Positions 28,311 through 32,000 of a DNA stretch of 32,000 nt are shown piece by piece. Position 1 is the stretch's first letter; each line of letters starts with the position of its first letter. The translations under genes and the position numbers were made by a program. This stretch comes from Mycobacterium leprae TN (lineage in GTDB: Bacteria > Actinomycetota > Actinomycetes > Mycobacteriales > Mycobacteriaceae), in the NCBI RefSeq assembly GCF_000195855.1, contig NC_002677.1, positions 1,140,001 to 1,172,000 on the forward strand, given 5' to 3'. Below the pieces are notes generated by a model. It did no database searches. It was not told the DNA's origin and was given only the letters and a program-made list of their open reading frames with translations.

Positions 28311-29480
28311 TCACGTGTGTTTTCCGGCCCGGAGTTGATCGTAGTACCGGGTTCGGATCCAATGGGCGGCCGTTGGCTCAAGCGGGCTGTGTTGGTACCA
28401 ACTGACCTATGCGGAGATGGTATCTGCCAGGTCGGCCAGGGTTTGGATTGGTACGCTACGAAATGGGTTGTCATGGAGTATGCACTCGGTCTTGTAGAGC
28501 TCTAGCGTGGTTTCGCGCAGCGCGTTGTCGTAGACGTTACCGACGGTACCTAGCGACGGGATCGAACCGGCCGATATCAGTGGATCGGCGAAATTGTTGC
28601 AAAGTAATTGGCTTATTTTATCCTATCGGTTAATTGCATTGTTGAACGGGTGGCCCTGCCGGGCAGGGTAGGTGGTTGCATGGTGCAGCGCACGCTCCAC
28701 GAACGCGGTGTTTTTGGTCCGCAAGCATTCCCAGTCGGGGATCAAACCCGGTGTAGACGTCGATGGCGAATGCGGTATATTCTCACCCATCGATGGTCAT
28801 CGGCACGAAGGTGTGATCGCTGGCTTTCCAGCGACCACATTCCCAGCCAAAGTACCCATAACTACTTATAAGAACTCTGCTGCATCGTCAACACACTGCT
28901 TGCCCACCTTTTGGCTACCAAAATGTAGCAGCGGTTCTGGAAGGCGTGGATTCTTAGTTTGCAACCGCCGCATCCTCCCAACAGCCGGCACAGCAAGACA
29001 ACCATCGATCAGAAGACTTATCGTCGCCGACGTCATATACCGAACTGGGCTATCGTGGGTTAGCACCTGTGTCCTTTGGCGTCACCGTTATCGTGTAGGC
29101 CAAGGTTTTGGAGTTCTTCAGTGTTCACCTGGTGGCCCACTCTCCGATCTTTTTTTGGGGGGGTTAGTGATTGAGTGTGGGCACAGAATCAAAGAACTTG
29201 GTGACGGGTATTCGTCTGTCAGATGAGTCAAGTGATGTGGTGATGAAGTTAGGTGCTATCACTTTCGTAAGCACCAAGATGGTGGAGCTTGCTGACTGTG
29301 TTTCGACAGTCGATATCCGTGAAGGTCACAGTGACCACCAAGGCTCCCCGTCGAGAGCCTGCCAGCTTTGTTAGCGAGATTTTTAATTCCCGTGGGCAAC
29401 TGTACCAAATTAATACAGATGGGGGTGCGGATGTCGGCAAGGCAGATCGGCCAGGGTGTGATGGCTGCCGCAAAGACTTA
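28311..29480 (-). mobile_element. IS3-family insertion sequence remnant (orfA/orfB transposase pseudogene, rve integrase core)
   Basis: The minus strand reads GSIPSLGTVGNVYDNALRETTLELYKTECI..PFRSV..LADLADTISA*VSWYQHSPLEPTAAHWIRTRYYDQL, with TGA at 28311-28313. This matches the IS3 OrfB C-terminal pattern (S.G..G..YDNA..E....LK.E........WYN..R.H). Upstream there are decayed DDE-region peptides (FAIDVYTGF..) and an orfA-like region. The reading has many stops and frameshifts, and the element ends are not defined. Confidence 0.7.
29149..29163 (-). other. C7-A7-G homopolymer pair; A AAA AAG-type -1 ribosomal frameshift (slippery) site of the IS3 remnant
   Basis: The + strand reads c-t7-g7 (29149-29163), which is CCCCCCCAAAAAAAG on the - strand. 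It sits where the orfA/orfB junction is expected relative to the rve domain. Confidence 0.55.
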
Positions 29481-29727
29481 TGAGGACCCTGATAAGGGTT
29501 TTCAAGAATCTGATCATTGAGGGCTTTGAAGAAACTGACAATGACCGCAATCCATCTTAGCTATGGCTGCCACGGATTGCTACCGGCGAATAGATCTGCC
29601 AGCGATATGCATTATTAGATTTTAGGAGAAAAATAACAAGGTATTTAACTTCCAAACAATACGGTCTGACATTAACGTTAAATTTCGTAGTCCGGGTTTG
29701 GGCCCGCTACGTTCCGCTCAAGCGGCA

Positions 29728-29755
29728 TGGCATAGTCTTCCGGAAGACTATGCCA
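29728..29755. repeat. 28-bp perfect palindrome (tggcatagtcttcc|ggaagactatgcca)
   Basis: Read directly from the sequence. The two 14-nt arms have no spacer. It lies in non-coding, partly AT-rich sequence next to the IS3 remnant, and no T-tract follows. Confidence 0.9.
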
Positions 29756-30781
29756 GTTGACGGAGGAATGGGAAGCCAAAGTCATCATAGTGAATGAGTT
29801 TTTGCGCGGTGATGCGGCATGTCCGATTTCAGACTTGGCAAACCGGATACAGGCGCTGGCTAGTGGAACACGTCGCAGTTGCCACTAGGGTCGCCGATTA
29901 CCTTGTTGAAGTGGCGGCCCCACGACAAGGCGGTCAACTTGATCTTGATGGTGTCGGTGGTGCTGGCGAACTGCCTGAGGGACACAGCGAGTAAGAAAGC
30001 CGACCTACTCGGGGCTTTTCACTGCCGAGATTGCGTGTGAGGAAGTTGCCGACCAAGAGATGTGGGCCCGCAACGCGGACGTGATGACGAAATAGAAGGA
30101 CGACATACAGGCTTGAGGTCTTCAAGGGAATGGGGGAGAAAACGCCGACTGTGCCGGTGCTGCTGGAGCACTCGCATGCGGCACTGAGTTCGTCGTGGGA
30201 CGTCGACCAGTTCATTCTGCCTGTGCCAACCGACACCGAATTTGTCGCAGGTCATTGCCAGCGGTTCCACAATGACCACAACATATCTGTACTTTATCAC
30301 GACCACCCAGACGACCGTGGAAGGCGAGTTTGAACTACTAGTTCGGGGATTCGACGTGCATGGCGCGATTAGCCGCGTTCAAGCGGTGTTGTTGGAGGCC
30401 ACGCATCAGGCCATCCTGGCAAGTGTGTGGTATACTGCTAACTTTCGCGACGGATAAGGTTCGGCACCATGCGAGCAGTTCGTCAGTGATTTGGACCGCA
30501 GCTTCCAGATGATTTATTGAGCAGGTCAATGCCCACGGCCAAAATGTGCAACGCGCCAGCTCCTTAATGGCTGACACTGATCGTTCTGTCAATTCCCTCC
30601 GGGGCCTACCCCTATAAACCGTCTGGTACGTAATTCTAGAGTGCATTGACGAGTTAGTAGAATGCTTCGCTGTGGTGGTAATGAGCGGTAGTGGTGTCAG
30701 TGGCCATGTAAATGTCACCACTGGTGGCCAAGAAAAGTCCCTACCTCGACACGGGTGATTGGCTAACTCGGTTTGGCAACT

Positions 30782-31400
30782 CTACTTCTCGTGGTCGGTG
30801 TGGCGTATCCGGTAGTACTCACCAGAAGTGACTAAGTAAGTTTTATAGTGGTGTAGTGTAGTAGGTGGTCGAGCATGCTGGTGGTGTGTTCGGGCAGGAA
30901 CCGTCCCCAAATATGCCCGAAGGGCCGATGTGAGGCGATCGGCTATGAGTGACGGCTGTAACCGGTGGCTAACAAGCGAAAAAGTAGTTGGGTGCCGGTG
31001 CCATCGAGTAGGGCGAAGCTGATTTAATTGAGAGTCACGACGTCGGAGCGAAGCAGCGTGTCGATGATTTTTGTCTATGATGTTGTTGGCCAGCCCCGCG
31101 GTAGAGAGCTTCAATAAGGTTGACTACGGTGAAGTAGCGGACCGTGAACCCAGTTGACTTATATAGTGTATAGTGGCGTGTCCGCGGCTGATCAGTAGTT
31201 GACTCTTCCCTGTGCCGGTAGTGATGGTGACAAAGTGTAACAGTTGCGTGCGGCCCTGCCGCGTGAAGAGCGGGTTGTTGCAGAGATGCATCGGTTGTTT
31301 AAGCGATGGAACGGGGCGTTACTATCTAGTGGTGTCGCTGCCGGATGGGTTCACTAGGCACCATACGCGCGGATACGACAGATGTCTTTGGTGGCGGAGG
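30782..31400 (-). pseudogene. istB: IS21-family IstB helper ATPase pseudogene (5'-truncated, frame-broken)
   Basis: The minus strand reads ..PLFTRQGRTQLLHFVTITTGTGKSQLL (Walker A), then IDTLLRSDVVTLN*ISFALLDGTGTQLLFRLLATGYSRHS*PIASHRPFGHIWGRFLPEHTTSMLDHLLHYTTIKLT (Walker B through the ..LDRLLHH.. blocks). The stop is at 30782-30784. Confidence 0.7.
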
Positions 31401-31439
31401 GCGCGGTGTGGGTGTTGGTCGTGACCGATTTGAGGAAGC

Positions 31440-32000
31440 TGCACCGCCTGGCGCAGCGGCTTTTCGAGTCACGCGTTGCGTGACTATGTTGATAAAGGAA
31501 TAAGTAGATTCACCTCGTTCCGGATCCTGCCCACGATCACAAGAGCGGTGAATCACTTGCGCGTATTGTAGTCATAGTGAGCCTATGCTAACTTTTGTTG
31601 CTTCTGTTCGATAACGCCGACTGGTATCAACTGCTGGACTTGTGCGCGATCACCGATACGCTAATCGTGGGCGGGGTTTATCATCTGGCTGATTTCAACA
31701 ATAATCAACTGGTGCTGGGGCTTAAAAGGCACCATTTCTGAGGTCGAATTGCACCTGATCAAAGGCTGTCTTACTGCGGGGTTGAAACACAAGGCAGCCA
31801 AAGGCGAACCGTCTGGTTTCGGGGCCTCGACCAACACTTCCTCACCGCGGTAAGGCCCCTAACTTAAGCAGCATGTCCAGTTCAGACGCCAGGCGGATGT
31901 TGCTGATGGCAGCGGTACCCATTAGGAACTGCTCGGCTTCTTCGCCTGGACAGTAGGATTGTTTCTCTACAACATTATTTAGGTCTGGGTCCGACTTCGT
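31440..32000 (+). pseudogene. Serine recombinase (resolvase-type catalytic domain of a large serine recombinase) pseudogene, running off the window
   Basis: The + strand reads NADWYQLLDLCAITDTLIVGGVYHLADFNNNQLVLGLK, then after a frameshift GTISEVELHLIKGCLTAGLKHKAAKGE. This fits the conserved block ..DW..LL.LC...T.LI.D..GVYD...FNDRLLLGLKGTMSEAELH.I..RL.GG...KA.KGE. Flanking frames are degraded. Confidence 0.55.

Noticed and set aside
28672-29226. 184-aa plus-strand ORF
   Set aside because: It is antisense to the IS3-family transposase remnant, whose rve-domain peptides on the - strand explain the region.
1-32000. Search for CRISPR arrays, rRNA or tRNA genes, and regularly spaced direct repeats
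   Set aside because: I saw no spaced repeat array and no cloverleaf-like or rRNA-like segment by eye. A tRNAscan or Infernal run would be needed to exclude small RNAs formally.

Overview
This is a GC-rich mycobacterial chromosome segment with the gene order and decay pattern of Mycobacterium leprae. It is collinear, in reverse numbering, with my recollection of M. tuberculosis Rv2751..Rv2724c. Intact housekeeping genes on the + strand are ftsK, pgsA, a GT1 glycosyltransferase, a DUF3046 gene, recA (carrying a 365-codon LAGLIDADG intein), recX, miaB, an Rv2732c-like membrane protein, an Rv2728c-like protein, miaA, dapF and hflX. A short ArgA-type GNAT lies on the - strand. Many pseudogenes sit between them: an MmpL fragment, a SAM-methyltransferase, an SDR, clgR, a frameshifted pspA-like gene, an Rv2743c-like gene, a DUF349 gene, a membrane protein and fadE20. 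Both flanks hold mobile-element debris: an 881-bp unit bounded by 25-bp inverted repeats, an IS3-family remnant that keeps an A7G slippery site, an IS21 istB remnant and a serine-recombinase remnant. I found no rRNA, tRNA or CRISPR array, and no intact novel multi-gene system. The most interesting signals concern gene loss and mobile-element archaeology: gene-by-gene inactivation of the ClgR/PspA-type envelope-stress operon, a pseudogene that keeps its frame while accumulating stops in an AT-enriched core, and a 3.3-kb stretch with no intact ORF that contains a diverged duplicated segment. All homology calls were made by eye from the supplied translations and from my memory of orthologues. No search or alignment was run.
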